DNA of 59,707 nucleotides, counting the filler, from Asterionella formosa (lineage: Eukaryota), in the NCBI GenBank assembly GCA_002256025.1. It is 8 parts of 8 records of this genome, joined end to end, with 100 filler letters (N's around TTAATTAATTAA, not from the genome) between each part and the next. Parts side by side here need not be neighbours in the genome. Positions count along the whole stretch, not along the records: positions 44,899 to 52,255 come from NKIB01012466.1; positions 52,356 to 59,707 come from NKIB01012467.1; 6 more parts are not named here. The stretch is one strand, 5' to 3'. The position numbers and the translations under genes are program-made. Under the pieces are notes generated by a model that had not been told where the DNA came from, searched no databases, and was given only the letters and a program-made list of their open reading frames with translations. This document shows, piece after piece, positions 49,237 to 59,707 of the stretch (position 1 is its first letter; each line of letters starts with the position of its first letter).

Positions 49237-49858
49237 TGGGGCTTTTGATCTCGTTCAGCTTCTCATTAATCCAGAATGGTCCGGTGTCATCTATTCTGAA
49301 TAATATTGATTGCGTTGATTGCGTTGATTGCGTTTTTTCCAGCTCAGGTAAGTGAGGTCCCAGGTACCCATGTGTTTGCCATATTTCTCAACCGTTTTTG
49401 GGCACCTCCATAGGACTTAGTCATTTGTTCCACATTTATGCCTTCTTCTGTCTGACGGTTGTGCCCACAGGAGTGATAAAAACCAGGAAAGGGAATTGAG
49501 GGTAGAGTACTTTGAGAACATCAATGCAATCTTCAAGCTGCAATACCATGTGCTGATAGGACCAGTAGCCTTCTGATTTTGCCCCATATTTTAATTCTCT
49601 AACAAATGTTGTTCTGATGATTCATCACTCCCCCCTAGCAATAACAGTCTACTAGTTGCTTCTTTGCCTACTTTCTCTCCTTCTTGTTGTTCACTTATCT
49701 TTCTCCTTTTCCTTGAATTTAACTGACATAAATCTCTTATCCCTCTCCGCTAAAAAATCAATACATGTTGATGTATACTGTGGTATGAATAAAGTGTCAT
49801 TGATAGATATACATAACATTAACAGCAATGTGTTCTGCAAAAAAAAGTATCATGCTTA

Positions 49859-50290
49859 TAGGATCAAGGGTATCATACGCTAAGTGGCACAGGATTTTCG
49901 TATTTATGATAATTTTTGGATCAAAAATATGATAAAGGTATCTTGTAACTATGATGATTTAGTAATATTTTACCGACCTTGAAGTATAATGATAATAAGA
50001 ACATTATCATCACACAATGTATATAAACTGATCAACAACATTTCCCATCGATATCATAAACCTTCTCATATTTTTTCACTTCTCGTGATCAACTGATGTA
50101 AATTATAACTACAACGTATCCTAAAATCAGCTCAACTCTATGCTATCATGTGAATTGTTTCATCGTAAATATATCGTAAACATGATCATAATTCTAATCA
50201 CAAGCATTGTTCAAAAAAGATTGAAATGGATCGTAATTTAACTATTAAATTAAGCAATGCTATCTATTAATCTACATGCCAGCGACCCAA
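49859..50290. repeat. About 430-bp direct repeat, copy 1
   Basis: TAGGATCA.GGGTATCATACGCTAAGTGGCACAGG...CCAGCGACCC; matches 51325-51756, nearly identical in the first about 300 bp. Confidence 0.92.
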
Positions 50291-50529
50291 CGTTTCTCTC
50301 CCTACTTGAACCCTTTTCTTCCTCTTTTTTGAATCTTGTGCCAAGCTTGTGCCAAGCAATGCCTTACTAATGTTGCGGCTGCACACAAGTACTATTCGTT
50401 ACAGCGGGAATCCACTGACGACATGCGTTCGCGTTTGCGAAAATCGTTACAGCGGGAATCCACTGACGACATGCGTTTGCGTTTGCGAATTACTATCATT
50501 CTCTTTTCCCAGCAAATCCACTCATTATC

Positions 50530-51300
50530 ATGGCGAATAACTTGGTCGGAGTCGCCCACATTCTGTTGGCAATCGGTTTTGAGGTCACTGTCGAACGTTT
50601 GAACATCATGGCAGCAGGTATTAGCGAGTTTGAGGATTTCCGTTATCTAGTAGAAAAGGACATTCGTGACATGGCGGATGAATTTGCGAAGCGTAGCGTG
50701 GCAAATGATAAGATTGTTTTTGGACTCAGACGCACAAAGAAATTGACAGGTGTTATGCATTGGGTCCAGGATTGCCATCGAGTTAACAATGTTCCGGACC
50801 ACAACGATTTCAATAGTGAGATTCTGTATCAATCGTTGAGCCTTGCGCAGATCAGGAATTCTAAGGCTGCCGATCCGGGAAAATTCAAAGATGAGAGGAA
50901 GTGGCCTGAGTGGGAAAAGGCCTTTATCAACTACTTGGCTGTCATTCCTGGCTTTAGCGGCATACCGTTGTCTTATGTGGTAAGAGAAGCGGAGGATCTC
51001 GAAGCTGAGGCCGATTATGGCTCATTCAGCAAACGCATGATCCATCGTGCCTCCCTTAAGGGTCAGTATTACATTGCGGATGCGAGACATGTGCATACAT
51101 TGTTACTTGGTTTTCTACAGGGCGAACAGACAGAAAATTGGATTCGTTCCATCTCTTGTTATCAGGACGGTCGTAGGGATATGGTCATGTTGAGGCAACA
51201 CTCCGTAGGATTGCAGACGCCAAGAAGATTCAATCGTTCCTCCACTACAAGACCAAGCGTGCGTTACCTTTTAAAAAGTTCTTGGATTCACTACAACGTC
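50530..51300 (+). mobile_element. Truncated gag of a diatom Ty1/copia (CoDi-type) retrotransposon
   Basis: Motifs LVEKDIRDMA, FGLRRTKKL.GVMHWVQD, DPGKFKDERKWPEWEKAFINYL..IPG..GIPLSYVVRE and DGRRDM..LR. After a frameshift it continues RRIADAKKIQSFLHYKTKRALPFKKFLDSLQ and then ends. A 49-bp tandem duplication lies in the leader (about 50396-50490). Confidence 0.8.
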
Positions 51301-51324
51301 TGCAAATAAAATAGAACATTCATT

Positions 51325-51756
51325 TAGGATCACGGGTATCATACGCTAAGTGGCACAGGATTTTCGTATTTATGATAATTTTTGGATCAAAAATATGATA
51401 AAGGTATCTTGTAACTATGATGATTTAGTAATATTTTACCGACCTTGAAGTATAATGATAATAAGAACATTATCATCACACAATGTAAATAAACTGATCA
51501 ACAACATTAACCATCAATATCATAAACCTTCTCATATTTTTTTCACTTCTCGTGATCAACTGATGTAAATTATAACTACAACGTATCCTAAAATCAGCTA
51601 AACTCTATGCTATCATGTGAATTGTTTCATCGTATATATATCTTAAACATGATCATTTAAGTCATCAAAAGGATTGTTTAAAATAGATTGAAATGGATCA
51701 TAATTTAACTATCAAATTTTGACATTGCTATCTATAATTTTACAGGCCAGCGACCC
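51325..51756. repeat. About 430-bp direct repeat, copy 2
   Basis: Matches 49859-50290; weaker similarity continues about 100 bp further. Confidence 0.92.
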
Positions 51757-52255
51757 GACATCTCTCTCTAATTGGCTCAATGTATATTGTTCCTGTCTCG
51801 CGCTTTCCTTCCTCTATTTTGAATCAAGTGTGAGGTAGTGACAACTAATGTTGCATCTCTTTTTCTGCTGTTAGTGTCACTCTGAACTCGACGACTATTC
51901 CGTTGTTTGATTGGTTTTATTGTCCTATGCATGCAGTTACAGTTACAATGAGAAGAATTGATTTGTTAGCTAGTCATGTTACATTGACACAAGAAAACGC
52001 TATTCCATCGTATCCTCTTGCTTCACTTACCACAAATCAATGCAACTGATGCATAAGTCTGTGATAGTAACTTGTCAGTAAATTTTTGAATAAGAAAGTT
52101 TCTGGTAGTATCCAATGTTGTCGAATAAAACTTACCGGTTCATTTTTGTCAGCTTAACTTTGAGAGAAGGTAAACGTTTTGTCAGTTTTGTTCCAACAGA
52201 AGTGAATAGGTCCAACGAGCGACAAGAGCACTAACGCAATTTGGTTTTGTTTTAC

Positions 52256-52355
52256 NNNNNNNNNNNNNNNNNNNNNNNNNNNNNNNNNNNNNNNNNNNNT
52301 TAATTAATTAANNNNNNNNNNNNNNNNNNNNNNNNNNNNNNNNNNNNNNNNNNNN
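52256..52355. other. Artificial contig-joining linker
   Basis: N44-TTAATTAATTAA-N44. Confidence 0.99.
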
Positions 52356-53377
52356 TAGTCGGTATCATTGTAGGATGAACAGTTGGAGAAGATGTCGGTT
52401 TCAATGTAGGATGATCAGTTGGCGTTGATGAAGGGATAAATGTAGGATCATCAGTTGGAGATGCTGTGGGTTCGTGAGTCGGTCTCAATGTAAGATCATC
52501 AGTTGGAGATGCTGTGGGTTTGTTAGTCGGTATCATAGTAGGATGCACAGTTGGAGAAGATGTCGGTTTCAATGTAGGATGACCAGTTGGCGTTGATGAA
52601 GGGATAAATGTAGGATCATCAGTTGGAGATGCTGTGGGTTCGTGAGTCGGTCTCAATGTATGATCATCAGTTGGAGATGCTGTGGGTTCGTTAGCTGGTT
52701 TCCATGTAAGACCACCAGTTGGAGAGGCTGTTGTTTCGTTAGTCGGTTTAATTGTAGGACGATCAGGAGGAGAAGATGTCGGTTTCAATGAAGGAAGATC
52801 AGTTGGCGGTGATGAAGGGATCAACGTAAAATGTTCAGTAAGTGCAGCTGTGGGTTCGTGAGTCGGTCTCAATGTAAGATCATCAGTTGGAGATGCTGTG
52901 GGATCATTTGTCGGTATCATTGAAGGATGCTCTGTAGGAGAAGATGCGGGTTCTGTAGTCGTTGTAGTTATAGAATCGTCAGTTGGAGTTGCTGTGGGTT
53001 CCGTCGTCGGAGTCAGAGAAGGTGCAACAGTAGGAAAAGCAGCGGCATCTACAATCGGATGCTCAGTAGGAGAAGTTGTGGGGTCCGCACTTGGTGTATT
53101 TATAGGATGACCAGTAGGAGAATCTGTGGGATATACAGACGGTGCGTTCGTCGTGGATGGATGAGTAAAGAGGAATAGTTGTGTCAGTTCATGGGGCCAA
53201 TGTCAACTATAAAGTAGTAGAAGCGTATGGGTCCTTACTCCTTGGTGGTGACGAAATAAATGGAAAACCAATATTTGTCATTGTCGCCAGTTTTGGGCTC
53301 ATACTTGGTTCATTAAATGACGATCGGCAGGTCCCCATAAGATGGAAGAGGAAAACTGCAATCCCCAGCTGAAACAT
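52356..53377 (-). CDS. Mucin-like Pro/Thr/Ser repeat protein, 3'-truncated; 5' region interrupted
   Basis: PTxxPT repeats with a 168-bp higher-order period; frame open from about 53200 to the contig end. An upstream ATG at 53377 gives the signal peptide MFQLGIAVFLFHLMGTCRS but is separated by stops and a frame change. Confidence 0.7.
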
Positions 53378-54278
53378 ATTTCCTTCTTTCCTCGATTTGT
53401 TGTTTACTGTTAAATTTATTGTTCAGTTCAGTAACATCAGTCGTAAGCCCGTAACTTGGGAAATGCCGTAACCAATTTGATATTTTGGAAATATAATTCT
53501 TGATTCAGCGATGATTTGATCAATATGTGACAGAAGAAAACACGGAAGCTATTATGTAAATGATGGACCTGGTACGAGGTATACCGTGTGATTGCTTTGG
53601 AAATTGTGCGTTGGCAAGAACAAGTATTTCCTACCATTGAACGCGTGGTCGCCGGCAGGCAGACATGTTCGCCTACAGACTCGAAGATAACGAGAAATCG
53701 ACAATTGTTATACATGTATGGATTTCTGCCAGCTTCATGTGTAGGAACATTTCCTCTAGGTATACATTTCAACATCGCTCCTTAATTATCGATCGTGTGT
53801 TCAAGGCAGTATTGAAGACAGCGCGGTGCTTCCATTCGAGCGAAATCGAATACCGGGTGACGATACAACTCTTGTGAATGGTGCGCGCAGAGGAAGGAAA
53901 AGTCAGCAAGTTGTTGCGGTAATTTTGCTAAAATTGATAACGTGACGCAGGACAGGCGTATAAATTAAAAACGTCATCAATTCACTCTTGAAAATCGCTT
54001 TTGGTATGATTACCGGTAGCTAGAGCATCTCCATTGCATCAACCAAATACCGAAGTCAAACGCAGTTGAAAATATCAAAACACCTCACTTGGTTGAGAAT
54101 TTTTTTAATCATTAGTCGAAATTTTCAAAAAATTTCCCACCACATCGACCAAATCCCAAAATAGTCAAATTTCGCACCCAAAATTTGAGCAAATAGAAAT
54201 AGAGCTATATTGTCTGTATATTAGTTTTGTTGATATAGCGGCATGTACTAAATAGGTATATAAACACAACACGAAACA

Positions 54279-55430
54279 ATGAGCAACAATAGCAACTCAT
54301 CTGATGATGATCACCTCTACCATTTCCGCAAGATTCATCATCAACAAAGAAGTGAGAACGGTGCAAAGAAATGACAAAGTAGGGGAGGAGAATACAAGAT
54401 TAGCAAGGCTACAAACGTGAATCATTTTCGCGCAGAGTAGGACAAGCTTTTGAAGGATGACTATTTCGGTGAGATTCCAATCTACTCTCTTGCACATTTC
54501 AGAAGGCGCTTCCGGATGCGTCAGTCCTTATTTGAAAAGATTATTGAAGATTTGGTTGAGGCGAATCCATGCTTTTAACAGAAGAAAGATGCCTTGGGTC
54601 TGGTCGGTTCTTCGCCGCATCAAAAGTTAACCTCAGCGCTTCGAATGTTGGCTTACGGAACCACTTTGGCGGATCAGCTGGATGACCTCACAAGAATGGC
54701 TGAATCGACTACACCACTCCACAACCTAAAAGTGTTTTGTAAATCAATAATCAGAAGGTATGGAACAGAGTATTTTCGAGCTCCTACAAAGGACAACATG
54801 AAAATGATTTTAAGTCTCCATGAGGCAACGGGTTAGCTGGGACTTCTTGGTTCATCGGATGTGATGCAGTGGGAATGGAAGAATTGTCCCAAGGCACACA
54901 GAGGAGCATTTCAAGGAAAACATGAAGTGGCTACTGTTGCGTTGGAAGCTGCTGTTGACTGTTAACTTTGGTTCTGGCACGCATGTTTGGAATGCCAGGT
55001 GCTAACAACGATTTCAATATTTTGGATCTGGAAGGACTCCTGCCATCAACTTCACAATCAACAAGAAAGAACACAATTTAGTAACTATTTGATTGATTTC
55101 ATCTATTCAGATTGGCACATTTTTGTTAAAACAATTTCGGAACCACAAGGTGCAAAGCGTACACATTTTTCAATGGTTCAAGAGGCCCAACCGAAGGACG
55201 TAGAGCGAGCATTTGGTGTGTTACAGGCAAGGAAGAGGATCCTGGCACTTCCATGCAAGCTTCGGTCAGTGGGTGCAATGGATCATGATGTCATCATTGC
55301 ATGTATCATACTACACAACATTATTATTGAAGATGATGAGTGGGATAGACTAGGAAAGACACAAATGAATATTTATTTGATAAAATTCAGGATGGCTTTT
55401 TGGTTGAAAATGTGAATCACGACAATGTGC
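54279..55430 (+). pseudogene. PIF/Harbinger DDE transposase pseudogene
   Basis: Motifs FRRRFRMRQSLF, QKLTSALRMLAYG, LGSSDVMQWEWKNCPKA, VALEA, LWFWHA.FGMPG.NND, KDVERAFGVLQAR and CIILHNIIIED, with multiple stops and frameshifts. Confidence 0.9.
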
Positions 55431-55479
55431 ATTTAAAAATTGAAACTCACTTATAACACGCACGCTTTCTCTAAGACCA

Positions 55480-56137
55480 CGGAGTTACACGTGGAATTTC
55501 ATAGCATGGCCTGTCAACAAGTCCGTGTGCTTCAATTCTTTGCCTGGCTTTTTCCCTTTTCCTTCCAATTTAAATAGCTCCATAGCTTATTCAACGTATT
55601 TATTCTTCATCCATCCCGATTTTGGAACATTTGCCACCTGCGCAAAATAGCCGAAGAACTTTGTGATGTCTTGATTTACCGTTCCCCATCGAGCCGTGCA
55701 TGCTGTTGACGTCCGCTCCTTGCAATCCGGGATGAGAAGTACATTTGACCAGTCCCAGTGATTGAGTCTTCAAAAACCTGATCCCATACACTTAAAAATG
55801 TTATGGAAACTGGAGATAATTGAAGAATAGTAAATTAAATGAAGGCTTGTAGACTCTATGTTTTGGAATAAAGTGAGCTAAATGTTAAATGATAAAAGTA
55901 GAACAAGCTAGGAGTTGTCGCCAGTTGACAACAGTCAAGTTGGAGAGACAGGAAATTATTAATAGTGGAGTTACCACGATGTACATGACTGTTGTGGTAC
56001 CGGAACTTGTTAATAGGGGGCGGAGTAACCACGATGGACAGGACTGTTGTGGGACAAGAAAATAGTAATAGAGGAGAAACAACAGTCTTGGCAGGACTGT
56101 TAAGGGACAGGAAGTTAGTAGTAGGTGGAGTATCCAC
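55480..56137 (-). pseudogene. PIF/Harbinger Myb/SANT-like second ORF relic
   Basis: Manual translation gives SVWDQVFEDSITGTGQ and ERTSTACTARWGTVNQDITKFFGYFAQV..PKSGW...YVE*AMELF, matching Harbinger ORF1 motifs. Confidence 0.72.
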
Positions 56138-57099
56138 GATGGGCAGAGAGGTATAAGTTGGTATTTAACTCATACTGACAATGTTGAATAAACTATGCAT
56201 TTAAGGCTATTTTAGCTAGTATACATGAAGATTGTACTGAAAATGCATTGCAACGATGTGCGCACTAATAAAACATAAATGTTTGGTTGCCGGCGCGAGC
56301 CACAATCTTCTTTTATTTGGCTACGGTCGGATTCTAATCGACCAAATACCTGATATTTGGTTGATAAGGGGGTCATCCTAAAACTAGAGCAAAGCATGTT
56401 TGGTCTTGGTCGATGCGGCGGCTAAAATATTTTTGCTTTTTCGACCAACACATTGCATCATGACGTGTAATGACTCACAGTAATTTTGATATGTATGTCC
56501 TGCTGATGTAGGGGAGGGACAATGAGCGAGACAGAAAACTCCATCTTGACCATGACGAAATTATTGCACTGAATATCTCCACAAAAATTGAAAATGAACA
56601 ATTGCTATTTGGTAAAAGTATCTAACCTAACAAATAAGAGGTAATCATTCAACAATAATTTTTTTGCACCAATATTTGCAACAAAAATTAGAAATTGCCG
56701 CTAGAATTTGTTTTCATTGTCGTTTTCTCAATTTTGAGGATACTAACAAAAACAAGATATCGTTGAGTCCGCGATGATTAGCTTAATAACTTTTAGTCGA
56801 TAATGTTTTCTATCTAGTTAACAAATAGATCAGAAAACTTGAGAATTATAAATCTCGGAGATGGTGCAACATCTCAAAATGCAAGAAAATACATAGTACT
56901 TATTTTCGTGGTTCATACATCTTTGAAATCTTGAGCAGATCATCTCGAAGCTAAATATAAACATGGCTGTAACAATATACTACATGTGGTTATTTATGCG
57001 ACTAGAAAATTTGCATTGTCTATAATTTCATGAATTCCCCTAACTGATTGTTTTTGCATTTTCGGATATGTTTGTGCCAAAATTGTATTCTTTCGAGAG

Positions 57100-57780
57100 T
57101 TTACCAAATGTATACTACCCAAAAAGAAGCAATGAAGATTTTAATCATGTGCTACACTTCCCGTCGGGAAAATTGCATCGGCAAAAGCTTTGAAAAATTA
57201 TAAGAGACAGTTATCAAGGGTTCTGGATCGTGCCTATATGTAGCACAAAAATTCCAGGAAGGAATACTATTACTATGGTTGAAAAATAGGCATTCAAGAT
57301 GGGAGGTTCATATTCCACCTCCCCACGACGTAGTTGTGCAATTGACTTTCGAGGCATATTTGTATCAAATGGAAATAGGATGGGACCAGTATTTTTGCGG
57401 GAGAGTAAGCAAAAATTGAAACATAGCAACTTTGGCATATGCTAAATACAATCACATGGGAGACCTTATTTTACCAGAACAATGGATTGAAAGGGTGATA
57501 CAAGCTCTCTGGCAAATGGACATTATCGATAGTTGGAACCACAGAAATGAAGAATTTTATGGTAAAACAGAAGGAGAACAAATGAAAAGGATGGTGGCAG
57601 AGGTTGATTCACAGACAAGGGTACTTTGCTTGATATGATCAAGATCAAGGAAAAGTGCGTGAGGAAGATAAGTCCTTCTTTTTACTTCCAGTTGAAGTAA
57701 GAATTAAGCGTTAAAATCTTATCAAAAACGTAAATGGGTTGAATGAGTCGACCTGGCTGTCAATGCCTGGTATCGTGCCA
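57100..57780 (+). mobile_element. Non-LTR retrotransposon C-terminal relic (Ambal/L1-like)
   Basis: Degenerate knuckle (C...EDFNHVL) followed by QMEIGWDQYFCGRVSKN* and WIERVIQALW...WNHRNEEFYG, the Q-x2-IGW...GR / LW...W-x2-RN pattern of diatom LINE C-termini. Confidence 0.6.
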
Positions 57781-59509
57781 GGGTGGCAGAAATTACAGAT
57801 GGAGCTCGGCTTCGCCTCGCACCACTATGGGACTCCGGAACTGATTTACATACCGGGGGTATATATACCTTTTTGCGTGGAGTGATATCGAAACTACATA
57901 CAGCCACGTAGATACAATATAAATGTATAAATACAAACCATGAGCATACATGTTGGCATACTCCTGATTTATATATGTGTTTTGCCCTTGAGCAAAATTA
58001 TGTCTACATTCAGCAACGTAGATATAGTATTGAGGTTTAAATATCATTTTTGTTTGTTTAAAATGGATTTCTATCAATCTGGTGCCGATTCCTAGCTATT
58101 TAATTCAAATATTCAAATGAACACTCGAATCATGGGAATTCATAGTAGGAAACTCCTTCTTCCTCACCGTTTTACAACCTTAGCGACGTTTTCTCCGAAC
58201 TAGAATTTAGCCGGGGCCATAAAATCAGTCAAATTCAGTCACAACAGTGTACATTGGGGTGTCCATGATAATGAAGTATATGGGTTTACCTTTAAATTGT
58301 GTTATTTTTTCTATACACATTAAATATTTGTGAGTGTTGCGCCAGATGTGCAAAGGAGGGTACAGGTATGTTACAATTTAAGGCGCTTCTTCCAAGCGTG
58401 CTCCAGTATCACAACCCTTGAATGATCTGTCACAATCTTTTTCGCGCCGTTTGTTTGCTCATTATTTTAATAATATTATATATATAAATACTCTCTATAT
58501 CCATATAGATACTCAGACAATGTCAAGTCGTCGGACACCTTTCGACATCAACGGCCTATCAGACACATTCAGACACAGATACGAGGCACCATGTTTAATT
58601 TTGCTGCATTTCAACTCTAGTTTAGAGGTAGAGTTTAACATAATATTGAGTCAGAGTACTCAAACAAAAACTTCTTACGATTAAAACATAAATGTATATC
58701 GCTAAACGGAGCTTTCACCAATATACTGGTACACCCTTTCCATATGCTTAGATACAGTCATTGACAAAAGTAGGGGGTATACCGGTAGTTCACCGCAATA
58801 TATCGTCAGGATATAGGATCTGGTGAGATATAGACTGGAAATTTCGGGGGAAATTACTTTATTTGGCATAGTAAAAAAACCGGAAGTTCCTTTCTCCAGT
58901 TTTCGCAGAAGTTATATACAGATGCTATTTGAAGGTTACCTATGTGTCTACCGGTAAATCGCCTTCAGACCCAGCCAACGTTGAGCTATCGTCGTCCAAA
59001 AATTCGACAAAATCGGCCTTTTCTACCATCTCCAAAATATCAGAAACAGAACCACTTAGCACCGAAACGTCATCATCTGAATCAGAGCCTTGTGATGCAA
59101 TATTTAGTTGTCAAATTTCCAGTACCAAAAATTCCATTGTAAATGCGCGCAGTATTACTATATAGGTATTCACTTTTTATTCGACAGAGAATGCTACCCG
59201 TAGTGGAAGCTAGTGCACTACTAATTTGCTAGTACCGTCTACACAGCCAGCACCTGATCATGAATGTTTGCATATCGCTCACAAGCATGACCATCTTTAC
59301 CAGTTGCTGTACCTGGTACCTGGTACCTCTACTCATTACAGGTACCAGGTACCAGGTACTTCGTCGTGCAATTCAATATATGTACCAGGATACCGTAATT
59401 TTGTGTGGGCTATCATACTATGGTACTCCTACAATACATATTAACACATCGGTAAATCAAATCATATCAAATGAATAACATGAAATGGAAACAATGAGAA
59501 TGTAATAAT

Positions 59510-59660
59510 GTGCATGCTAGTTAATGTGGTAGTAATAAAGTAAACACGTCGTTGTGGATTTCCACCAGTGCATCAATCAATAAGCATTTTGTTGAAAATG
59601 TGGGTCACTGAAAGTTCGACAATATGCCTCATATATTCTGTTGATCATTGTATGAGCACT
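59510..59660 (-). mobile_element. 3'-end fragment of a second Crypton-like element
   Basis: Shares gcatgctagt.aatgt, caccagtgca, cctcatatatt.tgt and gtatgagca with 15390-15540. Translates SAHTMINRIYEAY...SVTHIFNKMLID*CTGGNPQ versus TAHTA.IDKIYEVY..TVTQIVNQMMRDHCTGASHPQ. Confidence 0.7.
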
Positions 59661-59707
59661 TTAACCACAACTACCGGTAATCTGCTCTGTAACTTACCCA
59701 ATAATAA

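Larger units (their letters stand above)
54023..56380. mobile_element. Degenerate PIF/Harbinger DNA transposon with two convergent ORFs
   Basis: Left end GAGCATCTCCA (PIF-type terminus). ATCAACCAAATA near the left end recurs inverted at about 56354-56365. Transposase relic on the + strand and Myb/SANT-like ORF relic on the - strand. Confidence 0.85.

Noticed and set aside
49859..51756. Calling the 430-bp repeats bona fide LTRs
   Set aside because: No TG...CA termini, PBS, PPT or TSD could be identified; left as direct repeats.

Overview
Eukaryotic nuclear DNA, most likely from a diatom. The evidence is GT-AG introns of about 65-105 bp, signal-peptide plus 'A/G/S-F' bipartite plastid presequences, a CoDi-type gag and a stramenopile Crypton-like element. 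The window is not one locus. It is 8 unrelated contigs of steadily decreasing length (7404, 7392, 7385, 7383, 7374, 7360, 7357, 7352 bp) joined by an artificial 100-nt linker (N44-TTAATTAATTAA-N44). Genes: AIF-like flavoprotein, truncated RqcH/FbpA-like NFACT-R protein, G8/TMEM2-like beta-helix protein (partial), cryptochrome DASH, TPR+DnaJ protein, tandem DUF1415-like protein, PDI-C (ERGIC+thioredoxin), NTF2, CCDC124, two tandem Mpv17/PMP22 genes, SPF30-like protein, an ABCG half-transporter, an LRR array and a mucin-like P/T/S repeat gene. Mobile DNA: a full-length decayed Ty3/gypsy element with both LTRs, a two-ORF PIF/Harbinger relic, two Crypton-like relics, Ty1/copia fragments and a LINE relic. 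The least explained signals are a pervasive intergenic (TACCTGG)n/CCTGGTACCAGG palindromic motif, an unclassified CAAGTTGCGG-ended MITE-like family on five contigs, a putatively plastid-targeted RqcH lacking NFACT-N, a Tudor-less SPF30 and an LRR array with a hypervariable face. All family assignments come from motif recognition only; no database searches were run.
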